Under the pieces are notes generated by a model. That model made no database searches. It saw only the letters and a program-made list of their open reading frames with translations, and had not been told where the DNA came from. The position numbers and the translations under genes were made by a program. A stretch of DNA of 64,000 nt from Podarcis liolepis. Its lineage: Eukaryota. The stretch lies in the NCBI GenBank assembly GCA_965112155.1, contig OZ218106.1, one strand, 5' to 3'. This document shows, one piece after another, positions 51,345 to 64,000 of the stretch (position 1 is its first letter; each line of letters starts with the position of its first letter).

Positions 51345-51520
51345 TACATAGGATGTGCTTGACCAAAATGAAGCTCATTTGGTCCAACATCCTGTTTGCC
51401 ACAGTGGGTAAGCAGATTCTTCTAGGATGCTTGTGAGCAAAACACAAGGGATGAATAGCTTTCCAGCAGTTGCATTCAGAGGTGTCCTTTCCCTAAAAAT
51501 TGAAGTATTTCATGACTAGT
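51345..51520 (-). mobile_element. CR1 LINE 3' end, degenerate
   Basis: acatagg...tggtccaacatcctgtttgccacagtgg...ttccagcagttgcattcagagg resembles the reverse complement of squamate CR1 3' ends. Confidence 0.55.
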
Positions 51521-52970
51521 TTTGATTAGGTAGAAGCAAAATCTGTAGCAAATACATTATCTAGTTTAAACATAATACCAAACTCTATTTGGGTGAAACA
51601 TGAGCAAGTCACTAGTGGATTGAGCAATGGGTACCTATCCTCAGAAAATGCGGGAGGAGTATTTTCTTTGTGGGCTTCTTCTCCTCCACCACTATTTAGA
51701 ACATAGGAATACATGCCCAGCCCTTCTAAAAGCAATCCGAGAATATCCTAAATAAAAATTATGATATAAATTTAGACAGGTAGACAGTTAGAACTACAAA
51801 TGTTCATTTGACAGCCTAAGCATTTTCTCTCCTTTTATTAGTGTACATATGTGAAAGCCGCCATTCAAATATTAATTCAGTAAGGGAAATTTCCTATTTG
51901 GAAAGGTTTACTTTTGCTTGAAATGTGTCCTCTCCCCACCCCCACCCCCTTCTGAGAAGAATACATCACTACAATTTTATATTCAGGCTTTTAGCAGAGT
52001 CCGTCAAAATCTGTTATGATCTCCTGATAATGTACAGCCACTGACTTGCTCTGTCTAATGCAGGCATTGTCTGACAGAGTTATAGCATCACTGTGGGCCA
52101 CTTGATTGTTGTGGCTTGAAGGAGTATTTTCTTTGTAGCAGCATCAGCATGAACTGCCTTGCACCTGAGCCATAAGGCGGACACTATGAAATTGATGTGA
52201 TAAACTAATTCATGGATAAAATTGCTTTTGAAAACCATTTTAAAAAAAAGAATTGAAGTTGCTATCTAATACTGAAGATAAAATGCTGCAAAGTTGTGCT
52301 GCTCTGTAGCATAATTAAAATGTGGCAAGGCATTTTCTGTTTCCAAGTATTAAAGGCTCAGTCTTTTATTTTATTTTCCATTCTGTACTGCCTGAATTGC
52401 ATACATTTTAGTAACTTTTACTAATTCTCTAATAGCGAAAGCTTGTTCATGCATGTATCACAGTGCCTGGTACATTTGTCAGTCGAATGCAGCAAGCTCT
52501 GAGGTAGTGTTAATATCTGTCTTCCAGCCTGTAAGACTGACCTACATAGTATTACGACATCCAAGGATACATCACCTTTACGTAATGAAAATTAGATATT
52601 TCTTTCTCTTAGTCTTGATGTCTACCTTATAAGATGGAAGCTATCTGTTTTTAGTTAATAGGGTCAAGGTTTAAAAAACTTATGATTTATAGCATTGGGA
52701 TAGCGACTCCTACTTTTCTGCTTTGTTTCTGTATTAACTGTCCAAAGGAAGGCAGTCTGTCTAAAACTGAACACTTTTCAGTCAGTGGGAGAGTTAAGTA
52801 TGTTGTGGGAGAGTTAAGTATGTTATGTATAGTAGACTTCTGCCCTGAAACAAACGTTGAAAATGTCTATCATTGGCTGGATCCAGTGTTGTTTCTTTAT
52901 CACATTTCTCTTTCGCATTCCCCCTACTTCAAGCCCCCAAGCAACTAACAAGAGGCCCTTAGTACGGATA

Positions 52971-53117
52971 CAGTCGACCCTCTTGTTACGTCAGTCTCCA
53001 GTTGCATTTTTTCAGGATACAAAAGCGTGTGCGCAGAAGCGGCGGTCTAGTTGCAGACTTTTCGGGGTGCAAACGGCACCCCGGAACGGATCAAGCCTGT
53101 AACTAGAGGTACCACTG
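52971..53117. mobile_element. Tc/mariner (Tigger-like) MITE
   Basis: Ends cagtcgaccctcttgttac / gtaactagaggtaccactg, TA on both sides (52969-70 and 53118-19). CpG-rich interior. Confidence 0.8.
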
Positions 53118-54444
53118 TACTGGGTTTTAATAGTCTTCTCTTCCCCTTTTCTGCATTGTCCACAATCTCTTCCTATACCGCCCCGCCCCCAGAGAGAACT
53201 GTTAGGAAACCAAAAGGGCTGCCCTTCAGATCTGCTGCTAAGCAGTAGCAAAATAAATCTATACTACTTTATCAGTTTCGCCACCAGTATTATTTTGCAG
53301 AGCCAAAAGTTCAGTCATACTCTACATAGGAATGTCTTTCCCGTATGCCCTCAGAGCAGTTGGAGCTGCTGCTAATTGTCAGGTTGGTCCAAAATAAAAT
53401 ATCTGTTGTTAATGATTTAATTACAGTTGAGGATGATGGCCTGGTTTATATTACCAAGACCTGGATTTCGTGTTGAGAACTCCTAGGTGGCTCTCATCAG
53501 AGTGCAATGAAAGCAGAACTGGAAATACAGTACAGAACATTACAATAATAGACACCAAGCATGATGAATTTAGGATTATTATTATTTTTGCAGTTGCTTA
53601 GACATGAGTAACAGTAAGTTGTTCGTTTTACTTTCCACTTAACTGAAAGGAGTCCTGTGATGCCATGTCATCTCATGAATTTAGGTACTTAAATCAGAAG
53701 CATAAATTTACAATAATGCGTACTGATGACGTCTGGAGATTTGGAATTAGGAGACTAGGAAACCCCAAAGAAGTGGAAGATTCTTACCTTGTTCTGATTT
53801 TAATTAACAACACAATAAACCTTTTAATAGTGGCAAATACCAAACCCTTTATTGAAATTAACCACAGAAAACAAATGAGATAAGACAGTATATGGTTACA
53901 TATTCATTCTGTATATAGCTGCTTAAAGAAATATTTCGTGCCATATTGAAAATACAATTTTGTACATTTTATGTGAGATTAGGTTCTTGGGGGCAAATGC
54001 TGAAAGATTTAACATTGTAGCCCTGATCACGTATTCATGCTGCCGTTAGCTAGCAACCTGCACTGTCCCCAAACATATTATAGTTCTGATCATTGCGGAT
54101 CACCTCTTGGGACATTGAGGAAGAGGATGTCTGTACGTATCCAATCCCTAGGCCCTAGGCAAGTGAACTGTAACCAGAGATTACAGTGCCCTAGATATAT
54201 GTGTGGTGCTGTGCTACAAGGGAGCAAGCAGCAGTCATTCCAGATGCCAGAGGTTATATTTTCACAACAGATGTATGCAGGCACAGGACTAAATCCTAGA
54301 AAGCACTTCTGGTTACATAAGAATTACCTCTGGACCAGGGCAGTGGAAATCAGTAAAAAACAGGAAATAGGAATATATTATTACATAAAAGTTGATATCT
54401 GAATAAATTAATCTCTGAAAAAGGTATAACATTGCCTTTTTGTT

Positions 54445-55100
54445 GTTGGGGAAAATGTTGGAAATGTAAAGAAACAGTTGGTACATTCTATCATTTATGG
54501 TGGTCATGTAGGATAACAAAAAAATAAAATAAAATCGGACATGGTGTATAATAAATGTAAGAAAATGTTTAGAATAATGTTTTCCCAAAATCCAGAAGCT
54601 TTTCTTCTGTGAATAGTAATGACTGAAATCCCCCCCCCAAAAAACCCCCACAAATTGCCTTATGGATGTATGTGACAACAGCCACTCAAATTTTCTTTCC
54701 CCCCAAATGGAGAACAGATACAGTACCATCAAGAGAAGAATGGCATATCAAAATAATAGATTACATAGAACTAGCTAGAATGACAGATAAAGAAATAAGA
54801 CCCTGAAAGAGGATTGGATATTACATATGGATTATATGTTAAAATATAACAATAAAATATTCATAACAGGCTGAAAAAATACTCAGCAGTAGTAATAATG
54901 TGATATTATGTAAGGTAATGAAAATAATTTAGTAGAGTAAGAAAACACAGTTAGAAGGATAGTAGATAGGAAACCATAGAAAGAGTGGAAGGGGAGTATA
55001 ATTTAAGACACAGAAGATTTAAATAATCTTGGAAGAATTTAGATACGTTGTTATTATTGTCATACGTTTGTTTTATACCTATGCTATATTTTTTCTATTT
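54445..55100 (+). mobile_element. L1 LINE ORF2 C-terminal fragment (CCHC zinc knuckle) and 3' UTR
   Basis: From 54453 translates [19 protein letters not shown]. Downstream are PEAFLL, MYVTTA and KWRTDTVPSREEWHIKIIDYIELARMT, with frameshifts and stops. Confidence 0.85.
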
Positions 55101-56672
55101 TATGTATGACTGTAAACATAGCATGTGTTGATGCCGAGATATAACAGAGTTCTTTGTATCTTAGGTATAGTATTTTGTTATCAGTTTGATTGTTTCTACC
55201 TGCCCCAATAGCAGTTCACAGTGTTCTGTTGGCAGTGTAGCCATTTAGACCTGAAAGTTATGGATGTCATACTGCACAGTAATTGATTTGGTCCAACTAA
55301 CCATATCAAGCAACCTCTGTTTGGCTGTTTGCAAAGAAGTTTCTGTGCCTTCTTTCATGGAAGATATGCAGATGCACACTCAAGTGCTGCACAAATGGTT
55401 GCAGAATTTAAGAGGACTTCAGAAATAATCTTCAATGCAGGACAACAAACTGCTGCTAGGAAATAAATAGGGAATGAATGAACTGGCTGTAAAGGGATTC
55501 TCTGAATTGTGTCCATGATTGCTATAATAAGATACTCAGTGTGGTATCAGTGTTAATTATTAAGTGGAAACAATAATATGTGATTGATGGATTGCCTAAA
55601 AAAATAAAAAGGGACAGTTATAGCCAGTTTTGATGCTACATCTGCTAGAAAAATTATTTCCTTTGGAATGATTAAGGTAATGCTCCAGTCATAAAAATAC
55701 TTACTTTGGCAGCCTTCTTTGAACTATACAGTCCTATTCAGTGAATATTCTAGGCCTTTCTAAAGCAGAATCACAGCTATTTTACTTATGGTAAAATTAC
55801 ACTTGATTCAATCAAATATGAATCTTAAGAAAGACGCAAATGTAGGTTTTTCCTATTAGTTTTCTCCCATCTCTTAAATGTAGTTTACCTTTTAGTTCTA
55901 AAGTGAACTAGGTGCTGTTTGAATTGTTGGTTTCCTAACACAGATCCTTTATGCCATAAAAATATCACAAGCAGATGCTGTAACAGGATTTGACACTTTT
56001 AGCATAATGCATTATGCGTAAGAATGACAGCATGCAATAGTTTATTCTTTCAAGCAATTTTTCTAGAGGAATATAGCAATAAAATATGTTTCCTCTGGAA
56101 TAAGTACATGATCCATTGCAGATTATTTTTTTAAAAAGCTTTGTACTCTTCAGGACTGATACTATATTTTACAGTGAGCCAGAAATACTTAGTTGAAATA
56201 ACTGTAAGTCATCAGTGTGTTGGTGATTGCTTGTACCAGCATTTTGTATTTGTTTCTTCCTTCGCCAGTCGTTGTGCTCTTGTACCATATGGATTATTCG
56301 CATGTATAAAACACTTATATATACTGATCTAGTTTTAAAATATCTCAGTTGCTGTTGCTGTTTTAGTCTGTGGCTGTATATGTTTACTTGAAAGAAAATC
56401 TCACTGTGTTTATGGTCATACTTCCACGTAAGCAATCCTGTATAAAAGAAGCTGGCATAAAGCAAGCCAGTCTAATTTAAGATGGCATAAGGTAACATCA
56501 AATAACTCTCTTTGGCAGCGTGGCTACTACCAGCTGAGGTGGCCAAAGCCTGGCAGAGGGAAACAAGTCTTTCAAATGCTGCCTGTTATACCACCCTTTT
56601 TGCTGGTTTCACTTACGGCAGATTGCCAGATCACATCATGTAGCTGAATGGACTGATCCACTGATCCCAACC

Positions 56673-56808
56673 CAGGCTTCCTCAACCTCGGCCCTCCAGA
56701 TGTTTTGAGACTACAATTCCCAGCATCCCTGATCACAGGTCCTGCTAGCTAGGGATCATGGGAGTTGTAGGCCAAAAACATCTGGAGGGCCAAGGTTGAG
56801 GAAGCCTG
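56673..56808. mobile_element. hAT-type palindromic MITE
   Basis: TIRs caggcttcctcaacct / aggttgaggaagcctg. 8-bp TSD tcccaacc / tcctaacc (7/8). Same core as 29767-29901. Confidence 0.9.
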
Positions 56809-59800
56809 TCCTAACCCTCTCATCCCTGCAGATCTTGCTATAGGACTGCTTCCAAAGTGTGTCTAGGATTGTAACCTTACTGCACAATCCTAAACATGTT
56901 TACTCAAGAGGAAGTCCCACAACCGTTCTGTAAAACCTGTGTCTCGGTTGCATAGGACTGCTGCTTAGTTTGCTTTAGATTGTTTTTAATATTTGGCTGC
57001 AGTTTCTTTTTCGTTAGCATATTTGTATATTTAAAATATCTACTGATGTAAAACTGTCTTGAATCCCTCTCAAGATTGTCACCAAATTCATTGTACTAAC
57101 CATGGGTCTTGATAACTTAAAAAGAAAGAAAAAATCAATGTAAAACTTCCAACACAGAAATAATGAAATAATGATAAATAATATAACAAAAGTTTTAAAT
57201 ACTGTATACTCAAATAGTTAACTCTGTGCAACCCCCCCCCCCACAATTTAATCTGAGAAAAAAACTCTTTAACACTCCTACAATGCTGCACAGACCCTTT
57301 ACATTAGAAGTTTTCTTGTAGCCAAAGTGTACAATGCTTATTGATATATCACAAATGGATAAATATATTCTAACATAAAACAGATAATTTGCTCAAAATA
57401 TATTGTTAAGCTGGATAAGATGTTTTTCAAAGAAAAATTACTTGGTTCATCATATCAAGGATATTTCATTAATTAATAGATTACATTCTCTATCTATTTC
57501 ATATTACAGATGCAAATACATTGGGAGACAGGTTTCTGTTTGTATCTGCCATCCAGCAAAGCACAATCTTTAGGTGTAGTCCTAGAAGAGTCCTGTGTAG
57601 AAGAACAGTGGTCAGTTCGATATATACTTCTCTAGATATAATTCTCTAGAAAGGCAGGACATTATCACTTTATGAATCAATTATCTGTTTGAATGTAGAT
57701 TACTGCATATGAGAGTATTTTATGTTTAAAAGTGTACACACCTTGGTAACCAATGTAGATTTCTGCATGTGTTCAGAATGGATCACATTAAAGGGGGTTG
57801 TTCTCCCCAACTGTTAAGATTTCCTTTTGGTGGAAAATTTTCAGAGTGATTTAGTATATAAATCAATGAGAAAAGCTAGTTGTAGCAATTCAGAGCATGC
57901 ATTCCACTTTATGAAAGGGAATTGTAAAAATCCTTTAAAAATGACATTTGAAATAGCATTAAAATACAATTTCCCTCTGATAAGGCTTTAAGACATTCAT
58001 ATGAAAAATTATACCACCCTGAGAGGGTTTGTGTCATCGTAATGCAATGTTGTGTTGCTCATAAGTGGCATTAATCCATTAAGACTGCAATAATTTATTG
58101 TTATCTGTCATTAGATAAAATTATATATATTGGTTCAATCATTTGGTTTGCTGAAGTGCAATAATCTGTGTAATGATAAGAATTAGTAAACTGTTGTGAA
58201 TATGTTTTTCCAGATCAGATAATATATTCATCGCTGCTAAATAAACCTTTTAATAGATTGTGATAATTTTGAGATACTCAGCAAAATTGATTTGTAAATT
58301 ACTTAAGAATATTTGACACCCTGATTTCTCAGTCCTAAATACCTCAACATATTTTAATAAGGAATATTTAGTATTGTTATTGATATTAACAATAAATTAT
58401 GGGAAACTAGAAACAGGAATCATGACCTTAACTAATCTAAAAGAGCATATATGTTAGACCTGTATAGGCAAATAATTTATTCAAAGCTTGTCTAATAAAA
58501 GAATTAACCCATTTAAATTAAATTATAAATACAAAATTCCAAAATTCCTGTTACGATAGGCTAAACAATGGCATAAAATTCTGAGTTTAGATTACTATTA
58601 CACCCTAACCCTGTTCCACTCCCTGAAAATAAATGATCTATCAAAATTTGCAGTTTAGCCCAGACTAGTATGTTAAACTTCACTTCCACATTATTCAGTT
58701 TCACTATCAATCATGGATCGTGTCCCAGATGATTGGAAATTTATCACTGTTGTGGACATCTTTATTGGGATACTAATAAAGAAAGGCCTTGCAATGTATA
58801 CTTGCCCTTGCAATGTATACTTGCCCTTCTGTGTTTCGCAAATGATGTCAAATAGTAGAAAGTTTACTGCAGATTCTCTAGAGAAGCCATTGTGCACCCA
58901 GCCCTTTTTTCTCATAGTCCACTTGACTGCTTCATTGAAGAAAACCTGTGTAAAGTCATGCTATGATGACAAGCCTTCTGCCTATCAGCTTTCCCCTTTT
59001 AAAAGAAAAAAACTTAATGGAAGATGTTCGTAAGTGCTCATTCCATTCTGATGTGAATATTCAGAAAGCTGTGAAGCTGCAAGTGGCAGCGTTTAATACT
59101 GTGTCTCATAATGCCTGAATAATTTTCCAGAGAATGATCGCTGCAGCTGCTGTGAGGATGTATATTTGTTTATTTTCCACCTTGGTCCTTCTGGAATGCT
59201 GACATAGCTAATCTGCCATGCACATAGGAGAGAATGGTTTCATATTCATAGCTCTCTGCCATTCTTTCGAACAAACAGAATCGGAAGCCAAACCTTTGGA
59301 CAATGTATGCTACTGTAATCCCAGAGAGTTTATTTGAACTGACTCTTCCAAGCCTCTTTCTTGAGTGAAGAATCTGAAGTGTCTTCATGAGGAATTTGGA
59401 AAAAGAGAGGTAGAAGCTGTCCTTTGTGTTTTTTAACAGATGCTTGTGAGAGAAAAGGGGATGGCATAGGCTGTCGGGGTGAGTTATAGAATGCATTTTG
59501 TGATCTTCCCCTGGTAGTACTGCTCATTATGTTAAACAGTGTAGCTCTTAAACCCTCTGTAGTTTTCATTTTATGTGCATTGGCCTTCATTTGCTGAAAT
59601 GCTTCAAGTTCACAGCACTAAAGTCATTTTGAAAACAGGATGTAATTACAAAGGTTTCTTATGCTTACCCACAGCTTTTTGGGACCAATGTAATTATCAT
59701 TACATGGGGATACTGTAAATTGAATATCCCTTCCCTAATTACATTAAACTCAAGGGTTAGCTGCTTAAGCATCCAAATAAGAAAAGTTCACCCTTTGCTA

Positions 59801-61451
59801 TAAATAGTAGAATTGTTCTGTTAGTTAAGTTGACCTTTAAAGCTCAGCATTTACATGATATTGTCAGGTGTACATTATAAAGATAGCTTGTAATGAGATC
59901 TGTAATGAGTAACCCAGTTATAATGGCCTTTTCTAAAAGTTCATTTATTCAGCATTTTCTAACGGCATGATGAAATTAAAGTTTGAATCTGTGCATGTCA
60001 GGCCCTTTTTAAGGGACCAGTCACACTGTTCTTAGTTTCGTGCTGTCCTGCCAACGGCTGGAATTAGTTTAACAATCCTGCCACAGCACAAAATTGACAA
60101 AAGTTACTATACATGTGATTAGTTAGTCCTGCCTATGTAAAGAAGAGTATTGAAAGGTTTAGTGTGTTCATTGATTTAGTGTTTTCTGTTCTACTTTCTC
60201 CTCCTTTGTGAATATATTCTAGTCTAGCTACATTTTGTGAAAAATAAAGTTGGAGGGTGTGAGTAGATGGAAGCGAATTCTCAAAACTTTGGTGGTTGTG
60301 TCTGTACGTGTGTCCTAATCTATTTGTAGTTGTAAATGTATTTGCAGTTGTATTAGTTATATGTTTTGTCGCTGGAGGAAAAGGTTCTACTAAGTATTGA
60401 TACTTGATGGATTTCTGCTTGTTTGCAAATTAAAAATATTAATGTTCCACATAGCTATCTCTTACTATTGGGTTTGTTTTTCTACTATGGCTTCAATAAA
60501 ATACCATTCCACTATTGAAACTCCCTTACCCCACCCCGCTGACACTTTTTACTGAATTCCCTTTATAAGCAATCACTTGAAAATGACAACCTGCTTATGT
60601 TGGACAAATCGGGAAGTATGCATTACAAAGGAATTTTCCTACTGTACATAAACTATAATTTTGACCAAACAAAATGAACACTAAAGTAACTTACTAAACA
60701 GCACAGTGCAAAGCTTGAATTGCGATAACCTAATGATTTAAACATTTTATCTTTTTAGTCTTGTGCTCCACTTTCTTGTACAATCATGCTTTCCTGATTT
60801 GAGTAGTAAATTATTTTTCTTGAATGTGTTTCTATTAATTTTAACATTAAACAGACTTTTGATCTAAGTCACATTTATTTTAGCAAAACGTTAAAATCAA
60901 GTCAATTGTGTTATTTGACTTGTACAATAATATAAGGATTAGAATATACAAGAAAAACGAACACATCCCATTCGGCTATGAAATATAGGATTATGTTTTC
61001 TATTATCAGACATTATGCAACCTCGGGCAGGGGTGGAGAAATAGGCTGCAGTTTTATGTGACTGACTGAATTGGAATTCATTCAAAGCATTTTTGCAGAA
61101 ATATATGTGAGGCTAGACAGTGCCACTAAGGAAGTAAGTAAACTATTCAATTGTGAGGAGAACAAAGAGGACAAATGAGACAGACGGCCTCTCTGAAAGT
61201 ACAGCGGAATGCAGAGAGCCCTTTTCACCTGTTGATTCTTGGCTCAACTACAGTCCAGATATGTAGCCACCAAAAGTTATTTACCATCTGTTGGCTTGTC
61301 ACTTCTCTGGGAAACTTTGGAAATGTGATCTCCCATTTCTAAACAGATTTACTTGGTGCAACAATATATCTAAGTGGAACTTTCACACAAGAGTACTTCG
61401 CAGTCATCCTGCCCTTTCCCTCTCCTCTGCTGTATCTGTTCGATGCTGGCA

Positions 61452-61700
61452 GACAAGGATGGCCTGTCATTTAGTCAGAGGGAGGCAGCTGCCTCAAGTG
61501 TTGGACGTACGGAGCAGCAATAAGGTGTTTGTAGACAGCTGTGTGTACTATGAGGTCAGCCTTGCACCCCCTGCAGCGGAAGACGCTGCCCCATTACCAG
61601 TGTTGAATAGAGATTCAGCTGCCAGTCTGGTTTGCATCTGTATGTGGGGAGGAGGCGGTATGGTCCACCTCGGGCAGTAAAATGTTTTGGGCTGCTGCTC
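61452..61700. mobile_element. Old hAT/Tip100-like DNA transposon remnant
   Basis: gaggcagctgcctcaag...cacctcgggcagtaaaatgttttggg, the inverse of 42298-42594. Confidence 0.5.
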
Positions 61701-62734
61701 CTAGTGGAGCCATTGGCTGCAATGCTTATTGCCACATTCCATGTGGAACAAGTGTGCTACAACTAGACAAATTGCCACACTTGTAATTAAAGGGAAACCC
61801 TGTTTGCTGCAGCTGCTGACCCAATTCTTGGCTGCACAGATGTTGGTTCTGTTCTTATAGTCCTTTAGGTGAGCCACAAGTTTAAAACAACTGAATGGGT
61901 GGCTTTTCCCACATTCAGCTTAACTGATATACTGAATTCATTCTCATGTGTTGTGAGGTGACTGGTACTATAGCTGGGTTTTATAAAGGTCACCAGTGGA
62001 GGATAGAATTGGAACATGGACCTCCTAAGCAAGTGGGCATGATTTGGATGTTGACTCAGAAGAGAAGCAAGACTAAGACTGGATGGAGCATAGGGAAAGG
62101 TTAGGCAGAGACTGCACAGGACCAGTCCATGCTTACCTACCGGCAAGTCCATCCTTAGCTATGAATAGCAGCAAGTTCTTTTTCTTTTCTTATTTTAATA
62201 CCCCAAACCCAGCTACCCAGCACTCTGTGGAGTTCCACATAACAGGGATTTCTCCCCCCCCCCACCCAAGTACCCTCAAAATCTGCTCTGGAGGGCCTGC
62301 GCTAGAGGGGTTGCAAGAGAGAGGAGATGGTAGGGCTGCCATACACCCTGGATCTTAGGCAAGTCAATCTAAAAAATGAGTTTTTTGGCGTTTTCAAAAA
62401 GTTGAGGTCCACTGAAGTCTAGTGGAACAGCAGCTTTGGTTACAACCCCTGGCCTGAAAGGGGCCTTGTCTCATGAGTGTTACGATTTTCTGTTGTAGGT
62501 CTATTTCTGTCCCTTCTGCAATTAGCCTAGCATATAGTTTACGCTTTCTGTGAAATATGTGTGCTACACTTCTGTTTTAGAATGAATTGGTAGCCACGAT
62601 ACGCAACATAAATAAATTCTATTGCTGAAATGAATAGAAGTTTTGCTGGGATAGTTTGTACTTTAATGTGTGGAAGTCCTGTTGTTGCAGAATAGGCAAG
62701 TATGTAAAAAGTAATTATGTCAGCTGTGCTGTCT

Positions 62735-63130
62735 ACTATTGGAAAGCTGGTTATCTGGAATTTCACTTATCCGAACAAAAGAATTATACCCAAACCTCAC
62801 TGCCCGAATAGCTGATTCTGATATAAGGAAGTGGCAAACTCTGGCTGTTCAGATTTGTCTGTGTTTCACTGGCTGTCGGCAGCCATTCTGAGAGGAAACC
62901 ATGAATGGAGGGAGATCGGACCATTCAGGTAGCAGGAGAGATCAGATAGGGAACAGTTTTTCCTTGTATTTGTCTTTTGCTGGTTGGCTGCAGCAGTTTG
63001 GGCTGCAAACGGGGGTGGGGGGGTGGAGATAAGAGAAATCACAGATTAGAATGTTCCCTTAGGAAATAATGGAAATAATGAACTCATTATGCAAATCTTG
63101 CCAATACCAGAAACTCATTGTATGCTGTGT
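62735..63130. mobile_element. Old interspersed repeat (probable Tc/Tigger-like DNA element), copy 2
   Basis: Colinear with 32915-33275 and shares the 22-mer. Confidence 0.6.
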
Positions 63131-63756
63131 AAAGATAGCTGGGAAAAGGGAAATTTGCTGGGAGTGGGCGGAGGAAAGAAAGACCTCCCTTTTCAGAGGA
63201 AGTGTTAAAGTAAATTAGAAAGTGAGATGATTATTGTTGTAATAAAAACCAAAGCTGTTACTGGAGGAAGAAGTGAATGCAAAAAGACAAGACAAGAGAG
63301 TTGAAAGAAACTGGCAGTTTGGGGAAAGGTGAATAGGGTACAAGTTGAGTAGGGAAAGAGAATAGAAAAAATTACAGGAAATGGATAATAATAAGATTTA
63401 TATGGGATTGGCAATGGGAATATAGATATTTTTAAAAGTCTTCCCTGCTTAGAGCCTCTGGATCAGCAAATCCTGTTTGAACTGGTAAGGATTCACAAAA
63501 CTTTCAGATCAAAGTTAGCTTGAGGAAAGAAGAGTTCCTTCTTGATGCAAGGAAAACACACAGGAAAGAACGTAGAAATTTCCAAAAATTGGCATCAGTA
63601 GAAAGTGATGTTAGTAATTGTGACATGATTATGCCAAACTCTGCTTCCACCTGCCATCATTTTGAGACTGGATCTGGGTCTGCACCTCTGTTTTGTGACT
63701 AGTGGGCCTCATAAATCTTTCAGGCATTTGAAGTAGGTCCTGGAAATAAGAATCTA

Positions 63757-63974
63757 CAGTGGTACCTTGGGTTACAGATCCTTCAGGTTACAGACTCCGC
63801 TAACCCAGAAATAGTACCTTGGGTTAAGAACTTTGCTGCAGGATAAGAACAGAAATCACGCAGCGGCAGCAGCGGGAGGCCCCATTAGCTAAAGTGGTGC
63901 TTCAGGTTAAGGACAGTTTCAGGTTAGGAACGGACCTCCAGAACAAATTAAGTTCTTAACCCGAGGTACCACTG
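63757..63974. mobile_element. Tc/mariner (Tigger-like) MITE
   Basis: TIRs cagtggtaccttgggtta / taacccgaggtaccactg (17/18). TA TSD at 63755-56 and 63975-76. Confidence 0.9.
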
Positions 63975-64000
63975 TATATGATCCCGTTGCAATTATGCCA

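Noticed and set aside
52960-53200. Second CpG-rich patch
   Set aside because: Mostly explained by a young Tc/mariner MITE, not a promoter.
1-64000. CRISPR arrays, operons, rRNA or other prokaryotic/viral systems
   Set aside because: There are no regularly spaced repeat-spacer arrays or long ORFs; the sequence is vertebrate non-coding DNA.

Overview
AT-rich vertebrate genomic DNA from a squamate. The Sauria/Squam-type SINEs, BovB, L2, CR1, L1 and hAT/Tc-mariner MITEs point to a lizard, probably a lacertid (inference from repeat content). The scaffold has three N gaps. The only strong gene-like signal is a CpG island at about 15.0-16.0 kb with promoter motifs, an ATG-led 52-codon frame and two + strand splice donors. 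About 1.8 kb downstream is a candidate 12-nt microexon flanked by AP-1/TEAD motifs. The remaining ~46 kb looks like long intron or intergenic sequence with interspersed repeats and several repeat-free, TAAT-rich blocks. I could not name the gene. None of the ORFs in the supplied track looks like a real protein; the only recognisable protein remnants are BovB and L1 ORF2 fragments. The most notable observations are a ~1.5 kb internally deleted L1-like element that keeps both ends and a perfect 17-bp TSD, a possible donor-choice switch between a coding first exon and a uORF, and three SINE families whose tails match LINE ends in the same window. I found no convincing evidence of a wholly new biological system.
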